64,000 nt of DNA from Monocercomonoides exilis PA203. Its lineage: Eukaryota > Protista > Preaxostyla. The notes under the pieces were generated by a model. The model saw nothing but the letters and a program-made list of their open reading frames with translations, was not told where the DNA came from and ran no database searches. The translations under genes were made by a program, and so were the position numbers. Positions 52,230 to 64,000 of this stretch are shown here, piece after piece. The DNA lies in assembly GCA_001643675.2 (NCBI GenBank), contig LSRY02000018.1, positions 248,001-312,000 on the forward strand, read 5' to 3'. The number at the start of each line of letters is the position of its first letter. The stretch's first letter is position 1.

Positions 52230-54044
52230 ATGAAGTTCGTTGGGAATATTATTCCACCAAGTTTTAGCAGAACAATCACATCAGTGATCGAATCAAACAC
52301 TCAAAATGGCGAATTGGATATGAAGAACTGTGCAATAAGCGCGATTGGAGGGAAGCAGAACACGATTGGATTTTCTCTTATCAAATCAATTGGGAAAATA
52401 GTTGAATTGGAGTTTGTCACGATTTCAGATGTGAAATCAACCGTTTCGTTATTTTCATTTTCACTTTCATCAGAAAATGTGAATGATCAGGAATACAAAG
52501 TGAAACTGTTAAATTGCACACTAGAAAGATTGGAGATTGATGGAAGCGGAGAGGCAACTGTATTTGGAGGGAATATGTGTGTTGGGATGGTGATGAATGG
52601 AAGCAAGATAGAAAGGGCATTGTCGGAGAAGAGCAAAGAAGGAGGAGCACTAAAGATAGTACTGAATGAAGGAGGATTTATTGCAATTGAAGAGAGTTCA
52701 TTAACTGGATGTATTTGCGAGAATGTGAGTGAGGGAGGAAAAGGAGGAGGGATATATTTGGATTGCAGTTTGATCGAAGAAGCATTTCAGCTCTCATCGA
52801 TATCATTTTCTAAATGTTCGGCAACAGTTGGGAATAACATGTTTGTGAAGAGTGGGAATCTTGTGAACAGTGTGAATACAGAGCGTTTTGCATATGATTA
52901 CTCGAGATATTCTAACGATGGGAATGCGTTTGTTGGAAAAGATGGGATTTATGGGGAAATGGATCTTCGAGTGTTTCTTGTTTCTTTGAAGTGGACGGTC
53001 GTGTCTGTTTCGAAAGATGGACATAACATATTGGGATGTGGAGATGAAAAATTCCCATGCCAATCGATGAAAAGTGGAATTGACCACATTGACAGAAGTG
53101 GAGCAGTTGGAGAAAGGAAAGTGAATGTGAGGGATGACGGGACAATTGAAGATATTTTTTCATTCACAGATGCACTTGTGATTGATGGGTGTGTGAATGA
53201 AGGAGATGACATTAAACACAAGCCTATCCATTTTGAAAAGACGATCAATGGAGATTCTGCTTCATCCCAAACTGTTATTTCATCAATTAAGACACTCAGC
53301 TTTTTAGCTTTGGAGTTTCGAATCCCAAGTCAATTTGTACCGAGCATGAATTCATTGATCTCATCGAGTGGGGTTCTTCAACTCGAAAACTGTTTTTTTG
53401 AGATCCAATCATCAACAGATATTATTCAATATTCGTTGATAACCACAACCAGTGGAAGTTGCACGTTGAAGGGATGCAGTTTGTCAGATTGCTCATTTAT
53501 CAAATCACCATTGGTGATGACTTCTTCGGTTTTGTTTGAAAACAACAACTTTTCGAACATTGAGAACACAGGCAGCGGCGAAGAAGGAGGTGTTGCAAAA
53601 GTGATATTGCAAGTGAATGAAGAATTAGTGATCGAATCAACAAATGTATCATCGTGTTCACTTCCTTCAAACAATGGAAAAGGTGGATTCTTGTATTTGA
53701 ACTGTCAAAATTGTTTGAATAAAAAGCCACTTCTTTTGGAAAACGTTTTGTTTGCAAACAACAATGCAGCCATTGGAAAGAATGTGTTCATTTTGGGAAA
53801 GGATTTTAATACTTCTGTGACAAATGAGTCATTCAAGTTTGATTATTCCGAAATGAAGAATGATAAAACTTTGTTTGTTGGAAGTGACATCTTTCATTCA
53901 AACAAAGATTTATTCATGTTCCTCGTTCCATTCAGCTCATTTGAGATATTTATTTCATCGAGCGGATTTGATATAAGAAGATGTGGAAATAAAGGAGAGG
54001 CAAGGCTTGCGGTTTATAAGCTTGCTGTTCTGCTGACAGCATAG
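52230..54044 (+). CDS. 604-aa ORF of the Cys/Gly-rich repeat surface-protein family (probably a captured fragment)
   Basis: EGGALKI, GGKGGGIYLDC, CSATVGNNMFV, LGCGDEKFPCQS, NNAAIGKNVFI. Starts 47 bp after the TIR arm; no signal peptide or TM seen. Confidence 0.75.
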   Translation: MKFVGNIIPPSFSRTITSVIESNTQNGELDMKNCAISAIGGKQNTIGFSLIKSIGKIVELEFVTISDVKSTVSLFSFSLSSENVNDQEYKVKLLNCTLERLEIDGSGEATVFGGNMCVGMVMNGSKIERALSEKSKEGGALKIVLNEGGFIAIEESSLTGCICENVSEGGKGGGIYLDCSLIEEAFQLSSISFSKCSATVGNNMFVKSGNLVNSVNTERFAYDYSRYSNDGNAFVGKDGIYGEMDLRVFLVSLKWTVVSVSKDGHNILGCGDEKFPCQSMKSGIDHIDRSGAVGERKVNVRDDGTIEDIFSFTDALVIDGCVNEGDDIKHKPIHFEKTINGDSASSQTVISSIKTLSFLALEFRIPSQFVPSMNSLISSSGVLQLENCFFEIQSSTDIIQYSLITTTSGSCTLKGCSLSDCSFIKSPLVMTSSVLFENNNFSNIENTGSGEEGGVAKVILQVNEELVIESTNVSSCSLPSNNGKGGFLYLNCQNCLNKKPLLLENVLFANNNAAIGKNVFILGKDFNTSVTNESFKFDYSEMKNDKTLFVGSDIFHSNKDLFMFLVPFSSFEIFISSSGFDIRRCGNKGEARLAVYKLAVLLTA

Positions 54045-56256
54045 CAAGAGAAGGAGTAGTTGCTGGAAAGAGCGTTGGGGTTTTCATTATTGTTAACAAA
54101 AAGTTTTGTTGGGAGGAAATCGAGGAAGGAAGTAAATTTTTGGTGGCTTATGATTGCGTATGGATAGCGAACGGAGGAGAGATGGAGAAGGAGAGTGTTT
54201 TTGTGAGAGAGATTGAGTTTGGCGAAGTCGGAATTATAAAGGTGGTATGAAGGAAGAGTGGAGCAGGGATTTCTCGTAGTGGAGTATGTGAAGACAGACG
54301 GAATAGTTGTAATAGACAGATTAAAGAAATAGGAAATAAAATGATGATGATGATGAAAAAGAAGAAACAAAATGCGAATTAAATGAGTAGTTGTTGTTAA
54401 CATCAAATTTGAAAGGTTTTTGGACAATGAAAGCAAAGAAAAAGAAAAATAGATTTGTTTGATCATTATTGAAGTAAATTGAGAAAGCTTGTGTTGGTTG
54501 GAGTGATGAGTGCTTATGTGGAATAGAATTGGGAAAAAGGATTAAATGTGCATGCGATTTGTGCGAATTTGCGTGAAACATAAATTCAAAAACAATATGA
54601 GATGGAGTTTGTGGATGAAGATAAGATGAACAAGGCTGAGCTGAGGAAAAGAAGATAACAAAAAGTCTGAAAGGAATTCAACGGATTAACTTCTTCCTGT
54701 CATGAAGTTTGATGGAGATGTTGCTTTCTTATGTTAGCTGAAGAGAAATAAATACGAAACAGAAAGAAGAGCGGTGAATGTCTGAGTGCAAAGATGTCTG
54801 AGATGAGACTTCTTCATAACTTTTGAACTGTGGAAAGCATGGTTCTGTGAACAGAAGCCGGGAAAGTGAATGAGTCGAATGTGGGATTTGAGTTGGGATG
54901 GAGCAAGATTGTCGAACACAGGATTATGTAAATGCAAAGGGGGATTAAGGATAAACAGAATCGCTCTTCTGGAAGAGTATCATTTGAGAATGTGATGTTG
55001 TCTGTGCATCTGAGTTTGATTGTCGAAGGATTGAATGTGGAATGTATTGTGAATCAGAGGAACAAAGAAGTGGTTGCGATGAGAATTGTGCTGAAAGGAG
55101 AAGAGAATGACGTATTGAGATGCAGGAGTGGAGCGAAATGAATTCACTCTGTGAGGAAAGGAAGCATGAAATTCAAGCATTCTTGAGGAAGTGAGAAGAC
55201 GATTTCTGCTCTATTGAAGCGGAAGTGAGTTATATTTGTGGATAATTACATTTGAAAGTGAAAGAATGCGGATTTGGAAAGCACAGATTTGAATAGGAGA
55301 TTTTATGAAGAGATATTTGCGTTTCAATTTCGAAAGATGGAAATTTCAACTATTTGCATTGTGGGATTGATTGAATTATTAAGTGGAAAAATATGTTTTT
55401 GTTCTTTGTTAAATAAGAAAATTGTACAATATGCGTTTATCGAATCTGGAGAAATGTTATGTGATTGATTAAAGAGGCAGATTTGTCCCACCTATTCTGG
55501 AAGGGTGCGAGCAAATGAATGTGGGGCTGAGGATGAGGAAAATTATGATTGGAAATATTAGCAATATAAGGGGAAAACATATTTTAAAAAGCTGTTCTTT
55601 GTCAATTCAAGTGAATTAAATTGGAGTGAATTTGTGCAACATTAATTCAAGGAGTGTTTTTGAGATATTTGTTTCATTGATATCAACTGAAGCTCGAATA
55701 TGCATTGGATCTGAAACAGAAGAGGCAAAGCTGCACAGGACAGAATCTGCAAAGGATTTGAAAAGATAATGAATTGAACAGAGTTTCTGGTTGTGAAAGG
55801 AACGATGAATAAAAGAATGGTTGCGAACTATCAGGATTGCATAATGAAGGGACTAAAGTTGATTTATTGCACACTTTGCTGTGAAAGAGGAGGGGAATGA
55901 GAGATGATGTGAAATGCATGAGGAATTGTTTTTCTGACATAGCCACATGATTATCGTTTGAGAGTCTGAATGTGAAAAAAATATGATTTTGGATTAATGT
56001 CAAAAGAGAGGGATGTCAATATTGTTATTCAAAGAGAATTCATTTATAATCATGAAATCAACGAGATAATTACATATGGCACGTTGACAAAATTTGTGTT
56101 GTTTTTGTTAGAAATTTATTTTCTATCATTAGTGTTAATTGGATTCTCTTATTGAAATGTGATCAAAATGTGATGTGATAAATAGTGAAGCAAAATTAAA
56201 ATTCTTAGACTTATAGTGGACTGCTCTGTTACAATATTTGTTGATTTTATAAAGCT

Positions 56257-57690
56257 TCAAAGTATTTTTCGATTGAGAATTGCATTTGTTTTTTCTTTTT
56301 CTTTTTTCTCCATTTCTTCAATCTTTTTCTCTTTTTTTTCGCAAAACTTAAGAGTTTCAAACTCCAACGTTTTTAACTGTTGGCTTTCGTTATTTTTCAG
56401 AAATCTTCCATCACACGATCTATATCTTTTCTTTTTCTTCTTTCTTGCAGTTTTGCAATTTGTGTCAGATGAGAATATATCATCTTCAGTTTCAACTTTT
56501 GTTTCTGTTTCTTTCTCTTCTTTCTCTTCTTCGTCATCTATTTTTCTTCTTTTTGAATTTGTTGATTCTTTTGTTTCTGATATTAGCTTTGATGATCTTT
56601 TTTTCTTTAACATTTCATCGAGTTCATTTTCATCACACATTTCATTGTTGTTTCTTTTTCTCAATTCCTCTTTTTTATATAAATAAGAAGACAATTTGAA
56701 TTTTCTCTCTTTCAAAAGAATGCTTTTCAAGCTTGCAACGCTTTCGCTGTAAGCTCTCAAGAAAATATCAAAATTTTTCTTTCTGATTTTTGAAAGTTCC
56801 TTAATGTATGCTGTCGGTGTGAGTCTGTTGTTGATCCGATATTCAAAAATAATAAACATATTCTTTTGTCTTAATGTTCGTTCTTCCTCTTTTTGGAATG
56901 TGGTTTTTCAGATGAGACCACACACTTTCTATTGTTTGAGTGTGAACTTTAGGATTTTCAGGCTTGATAAAATTGAGAGAATGATTTTCACTGTCAATTG
57001 TGAATCCATTTTCACTAATGCTATTATATGCTGACCATTTGTCAAACATAATTGTTTATGATCTCTCTATGTTCTTTTTTACAAAAAATAATATTGTATC
57101 TGCTTTTCGATCTGGAAGAAATTCCACTATCAATTTTTGTGGCTTTCCAATTTATTTTCTCTCAACAACCCCCTATTACCATTGCTGTTCTCTGCATCTC
57201 CCAACACCATTTTTTCTTTTATGGATTAAAGTTTCATCAATTTTCTCTATTCGATCTTTTCAGTTTTTCTCCATTTCGAATGTTTCAAAATAACAGCGTA
57301 CTCTTCTCAACTTTTCAAATATATTCACTACTGTTTTGTTTGAAATTTTTGTTTCAAAAGTGACTTCCTTTATTTGGTGTTTGTACCAAAAATGATACAA
57401 CAATGATGTAAGTTTGAATGGTGAAAGATGAAATTCCATAAAAATTGAATCAATATTCCAACTGTAATTTCTTCCACATTTCGTGCATTTATAAGCATAG
57501 AAATCACAATCCTTTTTTCGCGTCCTTAATTCCATCAGTTTTTCGCACTTCCAACATGATCGATTTTTTATAATAATCCAAAATTTGGAAAGCAATTCAA
57601 TAGCCAATAGATTCTTGTTGTTCGATCGCATCAAAAACTCACTGAAAGTTAATTCTTCATCTGCGTGTTTTTAATGGGATCGTTAAAACC
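56257..57690 (-). pseudogene. Merlin/IS1595 (ISXO2-like) transposase pseudogene
   Basis: Zn ribbon CWKC...YKCTKC, SIFMEFHLSPFK, IDETLIHKRKNGVGR...W**GVVER, DKWSAY, NHSLNF...VHTQTIESVWSHLK. Stops and frameshifts. Confidence 0.9.
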
Positions 57691-58525
57691 GACTCTTCAA
57701 ATATGACAGATGGAATTGGTTAAATAAAAGGTAATTCATTTAAATATAAATATTTTTTGAATAATAAATGTGTATTTTTTTTTTGAAAAGCTCCACGACT
57801 AAAATATGGTCCCACAAAAAATCAAAAAAAGTTGATCATTCCGTTCCCATCATTCATTTTTGTTAATTCTCCATTTGTATTTATTTCATATATCATCGAA
57901 TATAATGTTTCAATAAGATCGATATTGCATAAACCATTAATTAACTTTTCATTTTTGATTTAAAAAGTAATCTATTAGTTGTTATTTATGTCAAACTATT
58001 ATTTTCATAAATATTGACCTTTTTTGTTCCATTAATTTGAATAGACATTTGATTTCTTGAATAATTATAACCATTTGAACATTTCAATGAGTTGAAAAAA
58101 CGAAAAGGAGAAAAATCGCGAATTTTGTATTTTTATTTTTTAGTTAATAATTATGAAAATATAGAAGGAATGATACATATGAATGAAAAACCATTTTCAA
58201 GAATTTGAACAAATTAATTGATCACATACGTTTTTTTTTTGAAAAAAATTAATATTATTCGCAATTAAAACATCAAAAAGCTTGAAATCAAAAACGAAAA
58301 ATGATACATATCATTTTTTGAATCAAATCATGAATCGCATCTTTTTGTTGAGGTTGTTTTCCTTTTTCTTTTTTGTTCATCTTTTTCTTATTTCACTCGT
58401 TTTCTTTCAAAGAATTTTTTAAAAGGAGCAAATGCTTCACTAATCTTGTTAACGCATAATCTTTTTTCGCATATATTGTGTAATATGCAAGATAGAGAGA
58501 AGAAGAAGAAGAAGAAGAAGAGGAA

Positions 58526-58930
58526 GAGGAAGATGAGGAAGATGAGGAAGATGAGGAAGATGAGGAAAAAGAGGAAGATGAGGAAGATGAGGAAGATGAG
58601 GAAGATGAGGAAGATGAGGAAGATGAGGAAGATGAGGAAGATGAGGAAGATGAGGAAGATGAGGAAGATGAGGAAAAAGAGGAAGATGAGGAAGATGAGG
58701 AAGATGAGGAAGATGAGGAAGATGAGGAAGATGAGGAAAAAGAGGAAGATGAGGAAGATGAGGAAGATGAGGAAGATGAGGAAGATGAGGAAGATGAGGA
58801 AAAAGAGGAAGATGAGGAAGATGAGGAAGATGAGGAAGATGAGGAAGATGAGGAAGATGAGGAAAAAGAGGAAGATGAGGAAGATGAGGAAGATGAGGAA
58901 GATGAGGAAGATGAGGAAGATGAGGAAGAT
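58526..58930. repeat. Tandem repeat of a 9-bp unit (GAGGAAGAT), about 45 copies, with periodic GAGGAAAAA variants
   Basis: Directly visible. Unit runs between variants are 4, 11, 6, 6, 6, 7. Confidence 0.95.
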
Positions 58931-59515
58931 GAGGTTGAAGAGGCAGGAGAGGTGGTGATGAATGTGTTGAAAAGAAGGAGATGGAAGATGGAGATGGAAA
59001 AGGTGAAGATTGAGAAGGAGGAGAAGATACAGAGAAAGAAGGGATTTGTCGTATGGATGCAGGAGACAAAGTGGAAAGTGAGGGAGATGTGGAAGGATTA
59101 TTGCTTCCACTGATAACGTTTCTGAAAATGTTATTATTGGAGTTGTTGTAAGTTGTAGAATGTGGAATTACAGTCTTCACAGAAGGAATAGCCTGATAAG
59201 CGCGAGAAAGAAGCACACCGAAGATGCTGAGTGAAGCCAGTTCAGGATGTGAATGGAAATAAACAGAAGAAAGAGGAAGAAGCAGATGACGCAGAATGAG
59301 ACGAGGAAGAAAAATGTGAATGAATCGGAGGCTAAAGTTGCAGATGAGGTGGCTGAGAAAGACGAGGAGTGGGAGAAAAAGAGTGAATGTCTGAAGACAA
59401 TAAAAGATGTGAAGGATAAAGCTGAGGGGAGCGAGAATTAGTGAGCGGAAAGGAGGTGGAGAATAAAAGGTGCAGGAAAAAGGAGAATTGGATAATGCAG
59501 CAGATGAAGAAGAAA

Positions 59516-62500
59516 CTACTGTGGCGGTTTGGAATTGACTATGAGGAAGAGCAAACGAATGAATAAATGAAGAAGATTGATGGGAAGGAGGGGAATGCAA
59601 AGTGGAAGAAGAAGAAGAAGAACCAGAAGCAGAGGAAGTGACATCCGAAGAAGAAGCATTCGACGATGATGCAGAGCGATCAGCAGCGTTGCCAAAGGGA
59701 TCAGAAGAGACAGACAAGCTGTTCTGCACTGAATATTGACTAGCCGCGCCTGCAAGAGATGTCTTTCTAGGCATTTCAGACACATAAAACAGCTTCTGGC
59801 TGGGTGATGCGTAGTCGTAATCATAAGACAAGCTGTTAGATGTGATACGCTCAGAGAAGTTGCTGGAGGCTGAAAGATTCGCACTGGACTGCGAATAACC
59901 TGTCCACTACCACTTTCACTACTATCACAACCACCATCTCCTCCTCCTATTCTCTCGTTGTTCAAGATCTTATTTGTGGAGCGTGCATCGACGGTTGGGT
60001 GTCCATCGTAGCAGTCAATAAAGCGCTTCGATGCAGGTGTGGATTCTTCAACAAGAGGCGCAGATAATGTCAAGGCAACCAGCTTCTGCTGATGGATGAT
60101 GCTCATAAAGGAACGCAGCCGGTAGATAAAACGAGAAGATGCAGCTGTTGCTGTGGAGCGAGTGTCGCAGAAGCAGGATGAAGTAGAAGAAGAAGATGAT
60201 GAGGAAGAGAAAGAAGAGGAGGAAGAGGAAGATGAATATGATTGTGGAAGGATCACAATTTCAGATGTCTGGCTGCTAGTGGTGGTGATGCTGGGAAAGC
60301 AGGCGATGGCTGGAGAATGAGAAGAAGAAACGAGCTGCATAGAAGCTGTTGCTTCCACTTCCGCTTCCGATGCTGCTGTTGATGATGCTGATATCTGACA
60401 GCTGCTTCGCAGACGACGTGCTTTCCAGGCGCAGCGCAGTCTCTGCATCGATTTCGAAGCTTTTCTCGCTAATGGCATCTCCCTAATGTTCTCTCTCCAG
60501 CACTGGGATCAGCCTCAGCGTCGACATTCTGTGTCTTTCTGCCATTGGGTTCGCAAATAAGTTACTTTTGATGTAGCAAGTGTAGTCGAATGAAGAAGTC
60601 ACGATGAATGTGAGCGGGTCCGGTTGTCTTGAGAGTGGGATGTGGTTCTTTCTGATCTCGCGGATAACATAGTCCCTCAAAAACAGCGTCTTTATCTGCA
60701 GGTTGAAGCGGTTTGTGAGCACATACACACAACACGTGAACATCGCATCCCCCGGCACTGTGCGCATCTGATGATTGAGCGAAGACAAGCCAGCAAAAAG
60801 GCTCTCAAGAAGCTTGTTCAGAGAAAAAAACAGCTCTTCTGCACGAATGAGAATCGTCTTTTCCCTCTGAACCACCTCTTCTGTCGCACACCTGCTCTTT
60901 GCGATGATTGTGATGTGCCTCCGGATCTGCGCCCTTTCGTTCTCCATCTGCCCAATCAGGTCAGGATACTTCTCCCTCCTGCTCTTTTTGATCACAAGCG
61001 AATACGACAGCTCATACTGCCTCCTATCCACCTTGTCAAACGTCGCTGAGTGGATCACCACGAAGAACAGGTTCTTCAGCCAGCGGGATAGCAGCCGCGC
61101 GGAACCGACGCACGGAAAGTGGTGGTGATGGTGGGGGTGACAGGCTGGATGGTATCCATCGACTGCTTCACAGCGCCTATTAGCAGCTGCACCTCCATTG
61201 ACGGCTGCCCAAGTGACTCAAAATGTAACATCTCCTCGATCCTCTCCAGTTCTGCACTCAGTTCATCCATCTGCCTCTGTGTTGTTTCAATCGTCCTTTT
61301 GATCAACGAATCTCTCTGCTCCAAGAGATTAATTGCATTCTGGTTCTGCAGTGAAGTCTGCGTCTGGGACACGCGCTGCTGGAGGAGGTTTGTGTGTGTC
61401 TGGAGCTGCTCAATGATCAAAATTGTCGACCCACACGACGCAATCTGCTGTTGCATAGCTGGGATGCTGTATGCCAACTCCCGGCAGTAGTAGTCCACAA
61501 ACTCCACAAACGCTGAGTTTGAACAGTTCTCTATGAAGAATGAGCCATATATCGTGTCTCTCCATGTGAACCCCCACGTCGTGCTCTTCGAACTGTGTGT
61601 CTGTGACAAGTTCACTGCTTGTCTGTAGATGTTTGCCAGCGCATTCACAATCGCCTGCCTGATCGATTTCGTCTTTACACATTGAACCTGCGCAGAATCA
61701 GGCATTGAACCAGAAGAGGCGGGGTGATCTGGTACATTTATCTGCCCAGCTGCACTGGAAAACGGAAAAGTTTGTGCAAATGAAGATAGAAGCGGAGAAG
61801 AGGCAGGCAAGACAGTTGTGCCATACCCACCGCCACCACTTCCTCCTCCTCCGCTGCTGCCACTGCAACTTATCCTGCTGCTGCTGCCTTTTTCGCTGTC
61901 TGTGCCATTTGCCTGAAAGATGCAGTGGTTGCCAGCTGATGTATCGCATCCTCCTACACAAGCGTGGGGATGATCATCGAGAAAAACGGGTTGAGCAAGT
62001 TCGATGAAATCTGTGTGAGGATCTGGTTCATCTTCCGTATGCAGATCACATTCGCTTCACGTCTGAACAGCGACAGCTTGCTGTGCATGCGTGTGCAGTC
62101 TTCTTTGTTGATGTTTATGACCAGACTTGTTGTCTTGTTCATCCGTTCAACCACTGTGTCTATATCTGTCCCATAAACAGTATCCATCCCTTTCTTCCGC
62201 AAAGTTAAAGCCATCCTTCCCAAAAGATACATTGTGCAGCCCTGAGAATCCACTAATTAGTATTCTTTTGCTTGAGCGAAAGAAATCGGCTCAATCTTCA
62301 GGAACAGCAGGCCTAGCTTCGGCTGCTCTTCGCAGAAGAATATGTTCAGCAATGATATGCAGTGCTGGTTCAGTTCTGACGTGTTTCCGAAGGAAACAAC
62401 CAGAAAGCCTTCTAAATTGGGTGGATAGACGGCTGAGTGTGGGAGATAAGAGATTCGGGCACAAGATGGAGCTATTTGTGTTTGTGGGGTGCAGTGGTTG

Positions 62501-62830
62501 TTGAGTGTCCTGGGCGATTTCTGTGATTGGGCGAGCTTTCGTTGTACTGATTGGTCATCTGAAGAAGAAGAAGCAGAAGCTGCAGTAGCAGAAGAAGAAG
62601 AAGATAATGATGATGAAGAAGGAGAAGGAGAAGGAGAAGGAGAAGGAGAAGGAGGAGAAGGAGGAGAAGGAGGAGGAGAAGGAGAAGGAGGAGAAGGAGG
62701 AGAAGGAGGAGAAGGAGGAGAAGGAGGAGAAGGAGGAGAAGGAGGAGAAGGAGAAGAAGGAGAAGAAGGAGAAGAAACCGCACGATTTGAAAAAATGCTG
62801 CTTGAAATAAAATTTCTCTCTGAATGACGC
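59516..62830 (-). pseudogene. Highly diverged dynein-heavy-chain-like fragment (AAA4, stalk, start of AAA5) with Ser-rich insertions, stops and frameshifts
   Basis: Collinear resemblance to dynein HC: ISLLNIFFCEEQPKLGLLF (cf. LERMNTLLANGEVPGLF), VVERMNKTTSLVININ, AIVNALANIY, SAFVEFVDYYCREL plus coiled coil, and LNHQMRTVPGDAMFTCCVYVLTNRFNLQIK...HIPLS. Confidence 0.6.
62609..62776. repeat. GGA/GAA mixed trinucleotide repeat (Ser/Pro- or Ser/Phe-type tract on the minus strand)
   Basis: (GAAGGA)n followed by (GGAGAAGGA)n, directly visible. Confidence 0.9.
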
Positions 62831-64000
62831 TCAATATAAAAAAAAATGATGTTTTTTGGGATGGAAAAATGATTTTAAAAAATACATAAAAATTATTAGT
62901 TTTGCATTGATTATAAAAATTCCGTCAAAAGTTCACGCCTGTCCTTTCTGTCGCAAATGCAGAGGATTGCCCAATCACTGATGCTGCCATTCTCCTTTTC
63001 CATTGTTTCCCTGTGCTCCTTTCTCCATCATCCTTTATTCCCCACAAATATCCCGCTTTCGATATTGTCATCCACTTTTTTTCCACAGGAAAAAATAATT
63101 CGGTATTTTAACTTTTCAAGTGATGTCCATTTGCTGGCATTCTTCTTTTCATTCTCAACCAAATACTTTGAAATCGAATTTGTTTTCTTCCCCTCTCCCA
63201 ACTGAATGCGAAAAACATGCAATCCTCATTCGAATGATTGTTTCTAGCCATCCAGCTCTCTTCTGATATTCTCCTCAGAAAAACAAAGAAATTACCATTT
63301 ATATAATTTATCAGATTCTTGCACTCTGAAAAGATGGTTTATAAAAGCATCTTCTAAGCAAACAGGAACGATAAAAAATGCATACATGCAAATATTTCGA
63401 TTTTTAAAAAAATGTTGAATTTCCTTCAATGATGTTTTTCATAAAAATCTTCTCCCCCAATTCCATCGACGATGTCCCTCCTTCGCTGTCTCGTGCAGCC
63501 TCTCAAAATAATATCGTCCATTCCACAGAAAATATTCGCTCACCGTTCTCTCATTTTAACAATGAATATTTGTTTTTTCAAATCTGATGATCTGTATATC
63601 CATTACTGCAAACACGAAAAAAGATTTATCGTTTTTTCTTTCTTTCTTTGTTTGTAACGCCTTGGCAAATATCACTAACAACACAGAATGGTATAACAAC
63701 TTATATTTTCGTGGTTGTTTTGAGTTTTTATTTTGCACCAATTTCTTCAATCAAATGATATCTGAACTCAAATCAAATGGCGAAATTTCATTGCTTTCTG
63801 AATGCAACGCTTTTCAAAAATGCAGATAACGAGCGGAACTGAAAGGTTTAATGGTTTGTGCTCGTTGTTGAATTTAAAAGGTTTCTTGTAATATGTTTTT
63901 CTTTGTTTTTTTGAAGAATTGTTTTCTAAACTGGAAGATCACGCTGAAGATGAGAAGAAGCAGAAGATTGAAGAAATGAATGAAATAGTTGAAGAAATGG

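Noticed and set aside
35900-58000. TIRs and TSDs for the hAT and Merlin pseudogenes
   Set aside because: No convincing inverted pair was found by eye, so element boundaries are not called.
58388-59110. (LIF)n, (RKM)n and (PHL)n repeat proteins, or a CRISPR-like array
   Set aside because: These are alternative frames of a 9-bp tandem repeat; there are no unique spacers and no cas genes.

Overview
AT-rich eukaryotic genomic DNA using the standard code, with short spliceosomal introns that often start GTTTG. Intron style, poly-Ser/poly-Glu proteins and the expanded Cys/Gly-rich repeat-protein family suggest an oxymonad such as Monocercomonoides (inference). The first 10.4 kb holds three apparently intact genes: a hypothetical protein, a very large low-complexity coiled-coil protein and a Rac/Rho GTPase with non-canonical G1/G3 residues. 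The rest is mostly mobile elements and decayed genes. These are: a pogo/Tc5-type (DDE_1) transposase pseudogene split by a 4.3-kb element with 477-bp terminal inverted repeats (TIRs) carrying host-gene fragments; a Sola-like transposon whose transposase contains an inserted ubiquitin-specific protease (USP/C19) domain; a hAT pseudogene; a DIRS tyrosine-recombinase retrotransposon with complete ITR/ICR ends; a second TIR element (227-bp arms); a third arm of the 477-bp TIR family fused to surface-protein fragments; a Merlin/IS1595-like pseudogene; and a highly diverged dynein-heavy-chain-like pseudogene. The two best candidates for undescribed biology are the deubiquitinase-transposase fusion (about 23.1-28.7 kb) and the Pack-type TIR family that captures and reshuffles surface-protein gene fragments (11.9-16.2 kb and 51.5-54.3 kb). 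All homology calls are by motif recognition; no searches were run.
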